DNA of 64,000 nucleotides from positions 44,134 through 108,133 of the forward strand of contig CAWKAF010000021.1 in NCBI GenBank assembly GCA_963847465.1, written 5' to 3'. The DNA is from an uncultured delta proteobacterium. Its GTDB lineage: Bacteria > Myxococcota_A > Polyangia > Polyangiales > Polyangiaceae. Shown piece by piece: positions 10,152 through 19,172 of this stretch. The position numbers were made by a program, and so were the translations under genes. Position 1 is the stretch's first letter. Every line of letters starts with the position of its first letter. The notes beneath the pieces are model-generated. The model saw only the letters and a program-made list of their open reading frames with translations. It made no database searches and was not told the origin of the DNA.

Positions 10152-11300
10152 ATGGAGCCGCCGGAGCCGCTGCGGACGGACGGCTCGAACGCCTTCGCCC
10201 GCCACAGCATGGAGGTGCGCGTACCGCGCATCGCCCGGGAAGTCGTCGAGCGCGGCGCCTTTCCCGTGAGCGTCCGGCGAGACGTCGAGCAGCTCGCGAG
10301 CGACCTCGAAGGGAACGCCCTCGTCCCGGCCCCGCGCCCTCCGGCGGCCGACCTCGAGGGCTGGACGAGGGCCCACACCCAACACGCCGGCGAGACGTGG
10401 CTCGGAGCCGAATGGTTCTACGCGGAGCTCGCCTTCTACCGCGAGCTCGCGACGCGGTGTCGCTTCTGGGAGACGGGGCGCGATCACTTCGAAGGAGCCA
10501 AGGAGGAGGAGCTCGCCGGGGAGCGGCCGTGGGAACGGCTCGGCCTCGCGCTCGCGGCGGGCGGATCGCGTGAGGAGCGCGTTCTCGGGCTGCTCGACGA
10601 CGCCCTGTGGGGCAACCGCGTCGACCTGAGCTACAAGGTCGCGGCGTCGCGCGCGCGGGCCGACGACGATCTCATCGTGGACGAGCGCGCCGCTGCCGTC
10701 CCGCGGCTGGTGCGCCCCGGCGCGCACGTGCACGTCGTCGTCGACAACACGGGCACGGAGCTCGCGCTGGACCTGGCCCTCGTCGCCGCCGTGCTCGAGG
10801 ACCCGACGGCACGCGCGACGTTGCACGTGAAGCTGGAGCCCATCTTCGTGAGCGACGCGATGGCGCGCGACGTGTGGCGCGTCGTCGAGCGGATGCGCCA
10901 GAGGCCCGCCGAGGGCCGCCGGCTGGCGGCGGCGCTCACGGCGAGCTTCGAGGAAGGGCGACTCGGCATCCTCCCCGACGCGTTCTGGTCGGGCCCGCGC
11001 TTCCTCCGGCACGCGCCCGCTCACATCTCTGCCGCGTTTCGCGCGGCGAGCATCGTCGTCTTCAAGGGCGACGCGAACTACCGGCGCGTCGTGGGCGACG
11101 CCCTCTGGCCGCCCGCCGCGCCCTTCTCGGTCGCGTGCTCGTACCTCGGGGCGCCCATCGTCTGCCTCCGGACGATGAAGAGCGACCCCGTGCTCGGCCT
11201 CCCCGAGGGCCTGGCCGAAGAGCTCGACCGCACGGACCCGCTCTGGCGCATCGACGCCCGCCGCGGCCTGGTTCAGACGTTCGTCTCCGAGACCCCCTGA
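10152..11300 (+). CDS. DUF89 / ARMT1-like (damage-control phosphatase family) protein
   Basis: ORF 10152..11300. VVDNTGTELALDLALV and VFKGDANYRRVVGD match the conserved DNxGxE and KGDxNYR motifs of DUF89. Confidence 0.7.
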   Translation: MEPPEPLRTDGSNAFARHSMEVRVPRIAREVVERGAFPVSVRRDVEQLASDLEGNALVPAPRPPAADLEGWTRAHTQHAGETWLGAEWFYAELAFYRELATRCRFWETGRDHFEGAKEEELAGERPWERLGLALAAGGSREERVLGLLDDALWGNRVDLSYKVAASRARADDDLIVDERAAAVPRLVRPGAHVHVVVDNTGTELALDLALVAAVLEDPTARATLHVKLEPIFVSDAMARDVWRVVERMRQRPAEGRRLAAALTASFEEGRLGILPDAFWSGPRFLRHAPAHISAAFRAASIVVFKGDANYRRVVGDALWPPAAPFSVACSYLGAPIVCLRTMKSDPVLGLPEGLAEELDRTDPLWRIDARRGLVQTFVSETP

Positions 11301-12640
11301 CCGGAGATCTGCCTCTTCATCACGAGGGGCAAGACGTACGGGACGCCGACGCTCATCGTGTCGAGACCGGGGTCGATCTGGCCGACGAGCCAGAAGGCGA
11401 TGACCGCGGCCCGCTCCACGTAGAACCACCCGTCCGGGTAGGCGATCGAGCGCATCAGGTCGTGCAGGTCCCCCACCTCGGGGCTCGCGAGCTTCTCGAG
11501 GTCTTTCATGTCCGCGCGCATCAACGCCCCCGCGCTGTGGTCCTTCACGTTGAGCAGCTTCTTGAAATACGTCATCACGGTCTGCTCGAGGAGGGCCTCG
11601 TTCCCCCCCTCCGCCACGAACCCCATCCGCCGGAAGCCGCGCAGCACCATCGGCCCGTCGGCCGAAAGGACGCCCTTTAGCACCTCGAGCGCCCCGTCGA
11701 CGAGCGGGTCGGTCACCTCGCTGATCGCGCCGAAGTCGAGGACGACGATACACGGGCGGCCGTCAGCCCCCTTCTGGACGAGGAAGTTCCCGGGGTGAGG
11801 GTCGGCATGGAAGAAGCGATCGACGAAGAGCTGCTTGTAGAAGGACTGAACGAGCCGCGTCGCGAGCGCGCGCCGGTCGATCCCCAGCCGGTCGAGCTCG
11901 TCGAGGCGCGTTATCTTCACCCCCTCCATGTAAGACATCGTCAGGATGTCGCGCGTCGTCAGCTCGTGGACCACCTCCGGGAACATGATGTCCGGCTCGT
12001 TCGCGAAGTTCTTCGCCATCCTCTCCATGCACTGCGCTTCGTGGAGGTAGTCGGTCTCGCGGCGGAGCAGATCGACGAGCGAGCGGTGGACGGTCTCGAG
12101 GTGCTGGAGCGGCAGCCAGCGCTTCACGACGCGGATGATGAGGGCGACCGCGCGCATGTCGGTGCGAATGACGTCGCGGATGCGAGGGTAGAGCACCTTC
12201 ACGGCGACCTTCCGGCCGTCCGCGAGCACCGCGACGTGCACCTGGCCCAGCGACGCGGCCGCGATGGGCACTCGCTCGATCGAGGCGAAGCACTGCTCGG
12301 GCGACTTGCCGTAGGCCGCGAGGAAGGTCCGCTCGACGTCGCGGAAGGGGTGCGGAGGGACGTTGTCCTGCAGGCTCTCGAGCTCGCGCGTGAAGGCCCG
12401 GGGGAGAAACCCACCCAGGACGCTGAGCACTTGACCGAGCTTGATGAAGACGCCGCGGAGCCGCAGCATCCCGCGGAGCATCCGCCGGGCGTTGCGCGCG
12501 TCTAGCGTGTCGCGGTGCCTCTTCAGCCACGGCAGCTTCCGCTCGCGTCCCCTGACGACGCGCCGGAGGACGTAGTAGAGAAAGTAGCTCGCGAGAATCG
12601 TCCCGAAGAGCCAGAGCGCGCGAACGAGTCGTAGGGCCAT
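11273..12640 (-). CDS. ABC1/UbiB (AarF) atypical protein kinase family
   Basis: ORF 11273..12640. FIKLGQVLS, ASLGQVH, VAVKVLYP and FFHADPHPGNFLV...VVLDFG are the classical ABC1-family motifs. It converges on the DUF89 gene with a 28-nt overlap. Confidence 0.85.
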   Translation of the reverse strand: MALRLVRALWLFGTILASYFLYYVLRRVVRGRERKLPWLKRHRDTLDARNARRMLRGMLRLRGVFIKLGQVLSVLGGFLPRAFTRELESLQDNVPPHPFRDVERTFLAAYGKSPEQCFASIERVPIAAASLGQVHVAVLADGRKVAVKVLYPRIRDVIRTDMRAVALIIRVVKRWLPLQHLETVHRSLVDLLRRETDYLHEAQCMERMAKNFANEPDIMFPEVVHELTTRDILTMSYMEGVKITRLDELDRLGIDRRALATRLVQSFYKQLFVDRFFHADPHPGNFLVQKGADGRPCIVVLDFGAISEVTDPLVDGALEVLKGVLSADGPMVLRGFRRMGFVAEGGNEALLEQTVMTYFKKLLNVKDHSAGALMRADMKDLEKLASPEVGDLHDLMRSIAYPDGWFYVERAAVIAFWLVGQIDPGLDTMSVGVPYVLPLVMKRQISGQGVSETNV

Positions 12641-12682
12641 ACGTCGCGGGAAGCTCCGCGAACCAGCATAGCCAAGGGCCGT

Positions 12683-14380
12683 TCAAAAGGTCCCGTCGTC
12701 CGGAAGATCCGTGCTGTCGAAGGCCCAGTAGCGGCCGTGGTGGGAGAGGAGCCTGACCGCCGCGGCGTCTTGCTTGAAGACGAGTTTGCGGACGGGGAGC
12801 TCTCCCGTGGCGTCGCGGGGCAACGTGGCGGGAGCCTTGATGATGACGAGCGGAAATGCGCGAGCGTACTTGCAGCGAGGGTCGTAGTCCGATGCGGAAA
12901 ACTCCCAGCCGTTCGCCGGCCAGGCCGGCTGTGAGTGCTCCCTGAAGCGGACGGGGACGCTCAGGTAGCGCGCGAACGCGAAGGCCCACTTGCCGTGCTT
13001 TCGGGCCGCGTAGTAGCCCGACAGGTGCGTGAGGGTGCTGTTCCTGAACGCGATGGACCACGGCTCCCAGATGACCGCCGAGGCCGCACGAGCGGGCGGC
13101 AGGTCGTCGATGAGCGCCGAAGCGTCGGCCGTCTCCCAGCCGAAGACGGCGCAGTGCACGAGGGTGTTCACCCCAGCCACGACCCCGATGCGCAGCGCCC
13201 AGACGCGCGCCCGGCCCTCGCGAGCGTCCGACAGCCGGGGCGTCGCGAGCAGTGCGCCGAGGATCACCCACTGGGCGAGCCGCTGGAAGATGAGGTGAGT
13301 GCCGACGACGACGCTCGGCGTCGCGAAGTACGCCAAGAGCGCCACGACGAACACCCCTACGACGGGCGGGGGTGGCGGCGTCTCTCCAGACGCCGCGCGC
13401 CGCTCCTTCCACGCGGCCAACGTGGCCAGCCCCATCACCGCGATCGCTGCCCATAGAACGACCTGGTCCGTCGCGTCGCGAAAGAGATCCGTCGCGAAGG
13501 CGCCGAAGAAGACGAGCTTCTCCCAGAGCGGCGGCGCGCTGCCCTCCATCGTGGGGTCGCGGTACATGTTCGGATCCCACGCGTACTGCCGGTGGTTGAC
13601 GGCGATGCAGTAGGCGCACCCGATCAAGAGGGGCAGCCCCGCGCACGCGGCCCGGGCGAGACCCTGAAAGACGCGGCTGCCAAGGGGCCCTTCCCGCGGC
13701 GCCGACCGCCAGCCGAGCTCGAGCGCAAGCGCCGCGCCGGTGGCGCAGAGGATGAGCATGGCGAGCACGTGCGCGAACGCGCAGAGAAGCCCGAGCGCGC
13801 CCACGGCGAACGCGCCGGCAACGGAAGGCCGAATGGCCATGCGCGCGACGAAGACGAGCGCCCACACGGCGATCGCCGTCGCGAGCACGTAGTTGACGAA
13901 CCCCCAGCCGACCGAGAAGGAGAAGAGAATGGGCGTGAAGAGCGCCGCGTACGCGGTCGGTCGCCGGAGCACGCGCACGAGAGCTACGACCCCGGCCGCC
14001 GTGGCGAAGAGGGACGCCGCGACGACGAGGCGGCCCGCGACCTCGATGGGCACGAGGATCGAGAGACGCGCGACGACGACGTGGAAGAGCCCGTTGTACG
14101 TGAAATAGTTGAGTTGGTACTCGGCCTGCTCGGGAGCAGAGGGGTCGAGGAGGCGCCGCGCGATGTCCGAGAGCGCGAGGTGCTGCGGGTAATCCACGCA
14201 CGGGAGAAGACGGGTCACGAAGAGCCCGGCGATGACGAGCGCAACCGCTCCGTAATAAGCAATCGTCGTGCCGCGCGCGTCGAAGACGACGTGGTCGACA
14301 GCGCGCTCCGGCAGTGGCTGCCCCGGATCGGCTCGAGCTACGTTGGCCACTGAATCTGGCCGTGTATCATGCGTCCCCAT
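12683..14380 (-). CDS. polytopic integral membrane protein (about 12 predicted hydrophobic spans), family not recognised
   Basis: Within ORF 12683..14506, first ATG at 14380. It has long hydrophobic stretches throughout and G/C-rich third codon positions. Antisense ORFs covering it are Arg/Pro-rich junk. Confidence 0.6.
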   Translation of the reverse strand: MGTHDTRPDSVANVARADPGQPLPERAVDHVVFDARGTTIAYYGAVALVIAGLFVTRLLPCVDYPQHLALSDIARRLLDPSAPEQAEYQLNYFTYNGLFHVVVARLSILVPIEVAGRLVVAASLFATAAGVVALVRVLRRPTAYAALFTPILFSFSVGWGFVNYVLATAIAVWALVFVARMAIRPSVAGAFAVGALGLLCAFAHVLAMLILCATGAALALELGWRSAPREGPLGSRVFQGLARAACAGLPLLIGCAYCIAVNHRQYAWDPNMYRDPTMEGSAPPLWEKLVFFGAFATDLFRDATDQVVLWAAIAVMGLATLAAWKERRAASGETPPPPPVVGVFVVALLAYFATPSVVVGTHLIFQRLAQWVILGALLATPRLSDAREGRARVWALRIGVVAGVNTLVHCAVFGWETADASALIDDLPPARAASAVIWEPWSIAFRNSTLTHLSGYYAARKHGKWAFAFARYLSVPVRFREHSQPAWPANGWEFSASDYDPRCKYARAFPLVIIKAPATLPRDATGELPVRKLVFKQDAAAVRLLSHHGRYWAFDSTDLPDDGTF

Positions 14381-14762
14381 GACCGCGCGATCCCTACGAT
14401 CGGTTTTCGCAGCCGGCTCTCTCTCCCTCGTGGGCCTCGCGGCCCTTCCTCTTCTCGCGTGCAACGCCGAGCGCAAAGAGGAATGCGAGAAATTCCTCGC
14501 GGCCATGAAGCCCCTCGACCAGGGGGCTCCGACGGCGGAGGCGGTCGACCGCGTGCAGAATAACGTCGCGGCGATCCAGTTTCAGGACCAGACGCTGGGG
14601 GTCTTCGCGAAGAACTACCGCGAGACGCTCACCGTCCTGTCGAACACGCTGAAGCTGGAGGCGAGCCCCTCGGCCCCCGACGGTACGAACGACGTCGTCA
14701 AGGCCAAGGCAAAGGAAGAGCGCACGCAGCGCGACGACACAGTGCGGTACTGCGCGCAGTAG
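14379..14762 (+). CDS. small lipoprotein
   Basis: ATG 14379 inside ORF 14268..14762. MTARSLRSVFAAGSLSLVGLAALPLLAC is a signal peptide plus lipobox, followed by a helical-looking 100 aa. Confidence 0.55.
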   Translation: MTARSLRSVFAAGSLSLVGLAALPLLACNAERKEECEKFLAAMKPLDQGAPTAEAVDRVQNNVAAIQFQDQTLGVFAKNYRETLTVLSNTLKLEASPSAPDGTNDVVKAKAKEERTQRDDTVRYCAQ

Positions 14763-14792
14763 CGCAGTAGCGGTGCTATAGGCGCCCCTGCC

Positions 14793-16322
14793 ATGCGGGC
14801 ACGAACGGCATCGGCTGCCTTGCCCGCGGTCGCTCTCGCGATCGCGCTCGTGGCGCTCGGCGCATGGCGGGCCGCCTGCGTGCGCGCCGGGCCCGACATC
14901 GACACGGACGCGTACGCGCATCACATGATCGCGCGGGCCATCCTCGCGGACCCGCGCGACCTGGCCGTCCACTGGGTCTGGCTTCCGCTTTTTCATTACC
15001 TTCAAGTGCCTCTCGTCGCGCTCGGCGGGAGCATGAACGACGTCCGCTGGATCAACGTCGCTCTCGCAGCCGCCCTCCCCGTCGCGCTCTTCGCCTACGT
15101 GCGGCGCACCGCGGGGAGCGGAGAGTCGGGGATGTCGGCCGACGCGACGGCGCTGCTCGCGGGCCTCTTCGCGGCGGCGTGCCCCATCGCGATGCAAATG
15201 GGGACGACCGCGCAGCCCGAGCCCCTCTTCGCCCTCCTCATGCTCGGCGTGGCCATCACGTACGAACGGCGCCGCTACGGCGCGGCGGCGGCCATGCTCG
15301 CCGCGGCGGTGGTGCTCCGCTACGAGGCATGGGCGACGCTCGCGACCGTCGCCGCGCTGGCCGCCGTCGAGCCCTGGTGGCGACGGCGGCGCGGGCTCGC
15401 GACCGAGGCCGACGGATGGCGCGCGTGGATCGTCGTCGCCGCCCCCGTGGCGCTGATTCTCGTGTGGGCCGCGCTGCGTCGTCCGGTCGACGGGCGCTGG
15501 TTCGGCTTCCTCCGGCAGACCCACGAGTTCGCGGCGGGCGCGACGCACGAGGAGACGGCGCTCGATGGCGGGGTGCTCCGTCTGGCGCGCGACCTCCTCT
15601 ATTACCCGCTCATCGTCCCGGTGCGGGTCATGGGCCCCTGCCTGCCGCTCGTTCCCTTCGGCGTCGTCCGCACGGTGCGCGAGCAAGGGGCACGCTTCGT
15701 CCTCGTACTGGCGTCCTGCCTCGGCTTCGTGTCGCTCACCTGGGTCATGCGCTCGTCGCTCGGGCTCGACCGGCACTTCGTGGTCGTCGTCCCGCTTTAT
15801 GCGGTCTTCGCTGCGCAGGGCGCCGCCTCCCTGGCCGACGGGGCGACGCGGCTCGCACGTCGCTTCGCGGGCACGCGCGCGGCGCGGGTGGGCAGGTCGG
15901 TCGCCGGCGCGCTCTCGGTCCTGACGCTCGGCGCGCTCTTCGTCGTCCTCGACATCTGGATGGGGTTCTGGAAGGGCTCGATCGAACGCGGCTGGCCACA
16001 GCGGGCGGAGCTCGGCGCGTACCTCCGCACGCTGCCCGACGGGCCGACGATCTTCTGCGACGACGCGACGATCGAGATCCTGAGCGGGGTCGACCGCCGC
16101 CGCTTCGACCGCCACTGGACGGACGACGCTCATACCTGGACCCTCGTCGCCGCCTCCGCGCGCGCCCGCGGCGTCGCGTACGTGGCCACCTGGGCCGACA
16201 AGCTCCGCGGACACGAAGGGTTGGGCGACGTCGTCTTCCATGTCCGAGACAACGAGGACGACGCCAGCTCCGGGCTCGCGGTGCTCCGAGTGACCGGGGA
16301 CGGCGGCCACGCCGCGAGGTAA
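14793..16322 (+). CDS. polytopic membrane protein resembling ArnT/PMT-type (GT-C fold) glycosyltransferases
   Basis: ORF 14793..16322. The N-terminal TM is followed by DIDTDAYAHHMIARAIL, an Asp-rich first loop as in GT-C enzymes, and about 10 further hydrophobic spans. The family call is tentative. Confidence 0.45.
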   Translation: MRARTASAALPAVALAIALVALGAWRAACVRAGPDIDTDAYAHHMIARAILADPRDLAVHWVWLPLFHYLQVPLVALGGSMNDVRWINVALAAALPVALFAYVRRTAGSGESGMSADATALLAGLFAAACPIAMQMGTTAQPEPLFALLMLGVAITYERRRYGAAAAMLAAAVVLRYEAWATLATVAALAAVEPWWRRRRGLATEADGWRAWIVVAAPVALILVWAALRRPVDGRWFGFLRQTHEFAAGATHEETALDGGVLRLARDLLYYPLIVPVRVMGPCLPLVPFGVVRTVREQGARFVLVLASCLGFVSLTWVMRSSLGLDRHFVVVVPLYAVFAAQGAASLADGATRLARRFAGTRAARVGRSVAGALSVLTLGALFVVLDIWMGFWKGSIERGWPQRAELGAYLRTLPDGPTIFCDDATIEILSGVDRRRFDRHWTDDAHTWTLVAASARARGVAYVATWADKLRGHEGLGDVVFHVRDNEDDASSGLAVLRVTGDGGHAAR

Positions 16323-16347
16323 CCTGACAGGCTGGCTGAACCGGATC

Positions 16348-18250
16348 ATGGCGCAAGAAGCTGCACCATCCAGCCTGCCGAGGCCGGCGCTCCGGCGGCT
16401 TATCGCCCTCCGGCGACTGCTCGGCGTGCGAGCGCCGCTGGAGTTTCAGATCCTCGGGCGCGTCCTCCTGCACGCGGCGCTCGTCGGAGCCGCGGCGGGG
16501 CTGCTCGGGTCGCTCTTCTTCGCCGGAGTCGAGGCCTTCGAGCGCCTGACCCTGGAGTCGCTCGCCGGCTACGTCCCACTCCGCGCTGGGGGCGAGCAGA
16601 TCCTCGGCGAGGTCGCCAAGCGAACAGCGTTCCGCCCGTGGCTCTTGCTGCTCGTGCCCGCGGCTGGCGCGCTGCTCGGTGGAGCGCTGTCCACGTGGCT
16701 GGCCCCCGAGACCCGGGGCGGCGGCAGCGACGCGATCATCGAGGCGTTTCACCAGAACCGCGGCATCGTGCGAAAGCGGGTCGCCTTCGTGAAGGCGATC
16801 GTGTCGATCCTCACGCTCGGCTCGGGGGGCTCGGGCGGACGCGAGGGCCCGACGATGCAGATGGGCGGGGCCCTCGGCTCGATGGTCGGCCAGCTCCTGC
16901 GCGTGACCGATCGCGAGCGGCGCATGCTGCTCGTCGCGGGGACGGCGGCCGGCATGGCGGCGGTATTCCGGACCCCACTCGGGGCGGCGCTGCTCGCGGT
17001 CGAGATCCTCCACCGGGACGACTTCGAGGCCGACGCGCTCGTGCCGAGCGTCCTCGCGAGCGTCGTCAGCTACTCGGTCTTCATCGCGATCTTCGGCGAG
17101 CGCACCCTCTTCGCCCACGCGCCGAGCTACCCCTTCGTGCCGGCACACCTGCCTCTCTACGCGCTGCTCGCGGTCCTCGTGTCCTTCGTCGCGAGCGCGT
17201 TTCTCACGACGCTCCGGTCGGTGCAGCGGATGACCGCGAGGCTGCGCGTCCCGGAGTGGTGCAAGCCCGGCCTCGGCGGCCTGGCCCTCTCGTTGTTCGC
17301 GACCCCGCTCATCGTGCTTATAGGGCCCCACCTCGGCCAGCCCGGGCAAGGCTTCGGCATCCTCGGAGGCGGCTACGGCGCCGCGCAGCTCGCCATCTCA
17401 GGGGCCGACTGGTTCCCGCTGGGCTGGCGCGGCGTCGAGCTCCTGGCGCTGCTCGGCGGCATCAAGATCATCGCCACGTGCCTCACGGTCGGCAGCGGCG
17501 GAAGCGCCGGCGACTTCGGCCCGTCGCTCGTCATCGGCGGCATCTTCGGCGGCGCGTTCGGCCAGGCGGCGCAGGCCCTCCTGCACGACCCGCGCATCGA
17601 TCCCGGCGCCTTCGCTCTGGTCGCGATGGGGACCTTCTACGGCGGCCTCGCGCACGTGCCCATCGCCTCGCTCGTCATGACCTGCGAGCTCGCGGGCAGC
17701 TACGATCTGCTCGTCCCGCTCATGCTCGCCGAGGGCATCGCCTTCGTGGCCCTGCGGCACCGCAGCCTGTACCTCGCCCAGGTCGCGACCAAGCGCGACT
17801 CGCCCGCGCACCGGGACGACCTCATCTTCGACGTCCTCACCGGCATGCGCGTCGGCGACGTCATCGTACGCGACCGCCCCTACGCGACGTTCACCACCCG
17901 CACGCCCGCCCTCGAGGTCGTCCAGACGGCCGCCACCTCGGCGTGGCAGGACGTCTTCCCCGTCCTCGACGACGACGGCAAGGTCGTCGGCATCGTGCTC
18001 AGCGAAGTCCTCCGGACGATGGCCGCGAACCCCGACCTCGGCCCCCTCGCCATCGCCCACGACCTCATGGTCCCGCCCGTGAGCGTCAAGGACACCGACG
18101 ACCTCCAGCGCGCCCTCGAGGTCATCCTCGAGCACGGATTACGCGAGAATCGCCGTCGTCGGCGACAACGGCCAAATCGTGGGCTTCCTCGACGAAGCCG
18201 AGATCACACGCGTCTACCACAACGCGACGGTGAGCCGCCGGCCGGAATGA
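16348..18250 (+). pseudogene. ClC-family chloride channel / H+-Cl- exchanger with a C-terminal CBS pair; one frameshift near 18140-18146
   Basis: ORF 16348..18933 shows GSGGSGGREGP, GMAAVFRTPLGAAL and GSAGDFGPSLVIGG (ClC selectivity-filter regions), then CBS-like VIVRDRP...VLDDDGKVVGIV. After ...ILEHGLRE the frame turns Arg/Pro-rich. Shifting one base gives IAVVGDNGQIVGFLDEAEITRVYHNATVSRRPE with stop TGA at 18248-18250. Confidence 0.85.
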
Positions 18251-18266
18251 CAAACGTCACCTCCCG

Positions 18267-18290
18267 CCCCTCTCCGCAGAGGGAGAGGGG
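18267..18290. terminator. GC-rich hairpin between convergent genes (possible bidirectional terminator)
   Basis: CCCCTCTCC-GCAGAG-GGAGAGGGG is a perfect 9-bp stem. It lies 17 nt after the reconstructed ClC stop and 31 nt after the stop of the minus-strand gene 18321..18830. No U-tract is present. Confidence 0.45.
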
Positions 18291-18320
18291 GGAGAGGGAG
18301 GTACTAGTACTGGAACTGGA

Positions 18321-18830
18321 TCAGCCGGCCGGAGCGTCGGAAGCAGCGCCCGTGTCGCCGCCGCCGCTGTCGCCACCGGACGAGCCGCCTTCGCTGCCAC
18401 CGTCGTGCGTGGTACCGCCCTCGGTGCCGCCGCCGTCGCCAGTTCCTGCAGCGCCGCACAGACCGACCGAGATGCCCATGATGCTCATCGTGTTGCACTT
18501 GTTGCCGGAGCCACACTCGGAATCCATTGCGCAGACCTGGAATCCGGAGGAACACGGCGCTGCGGCGCACATCGTCGTCAGGCTGACCGTGCCGCAGCAC
18601 ACTTCACCGCCATCGCACATCGAGGCGTTCATACAAGTGACGCCGGCGAGCCCGCCGCTGCTGCTCGATGACGAGCTCGACGAGGTGGACAATCCCGTAT
18701 CCTCCTCAGTCGCCGCGTCATTGCCGCCCGTTGCCTTCGGGCTCGAGCTGCTGCTACAGCCTGACGCCAGGCTGAGGCCGATAGACCCGGCGCTCAGCGC
18801 CGTAATCAAAAGGATTTTTGAGTTCTGCAT
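18321..18830 (-). CDS. secreted Cys-rich lipoprotein, function unknown
   Basis: MQNSKILLITALSAGSIGLSLASGC (lipobox) is followed by a poly-Ser linker, a Cys-rich core (VTCMNASMCDGGEVCCG...CAMDSECGSGNKC) and a Gly/Ser/Asp tail. The 5' end is noticeably less GC-rich than its surroundings. Confidence 0.65.
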   Translation of the reverse strand: MQNSKILLITALSAGSIGLSLASGCSSSSSPKATGGNDAATEEDTGLSTSSSSSSSSSGGLAGVTCMNASMCDGGEVCCGTVSLTTMCAAAPCSSGFQVCAMDSECGSGNKCNTMSIMGISVGLCGAAGTGDGGGTEGGTTHDGGSEGGSSGGDSGGGDTGAASDAPAG

Positions 18831-19033
18831 GGGAAACGTTCCTCCTCCGGAAGTGACAAAGTCGGCCGGACCCTACACTGGCCCTGCCCGACAAGACCGT
18901 CTCACGATAGTCACAGCGAAAGGCGGAGTGTAGTTTCCTGCTGACCCTGGTTCAAGCCCAGCCGGGCGCTCGAGGACGCTTGCCCACGTTGCGCCCAAGT
19001 GGGGGGCCCATCCCCGCCCATCGAGCCCACCGA

Positions 19034-19160
19034 GCTCGCCGGGAGCCGCCCGGAGCGCAGCGGCCGGGTGGGGAGGCCTGTGTCTGAGCCTCGCCGCGAG
19101 GCGGGGCGAGTTTCGGGGGGGACCCACCCGGCCGCGAGCACCGGGCGGCTCCCGGCGAGC
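19034..19160 (+). repeat. 127-nt structured intergenic repeat, copy 1
   Basis: GCTCGCCGGGAGCCGCCCGG...CCGGGCGGCTCCCGGCGAGC are perfect 20-nt inverted arms. They enclose an inner 12-bp stem (CGGCCGGGTGGG / CCCACCCGGCCG) and an apical CCTCGCC-GCGA-GGCGGGG hairpin. Near-identical copies lie at 32025-32151 (reverse) and 33225-33350. Confidence 0.9.
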
Positions 19161-19172
19161 GATCCCCCCGCG

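Noticed and set aside
9861-16349. Very long antisense or out-of-frame ORFs (9861..11753, 11763..14201, 14394..16349, and similarly 3513..4889, 15745..17349)
   Set aside because: Their translations are Arg/Pro/Gly/Ala-rich low-complexity strings typical of wrong frames in ~70% GC DNA. Each fully overlaps a gene with recognisable motifs on the other strand or frame.
18940-18975. tRNA-like T-arm (CCTGG-TTCAAGC-CCAGC followed by CGGGCGC)
   Set aside because: No complementary 5' acceptor strand, D-arm or anticodon arm lies in the preceding 80 nt on either strand, and there is no CCA. At most it is a fragment.
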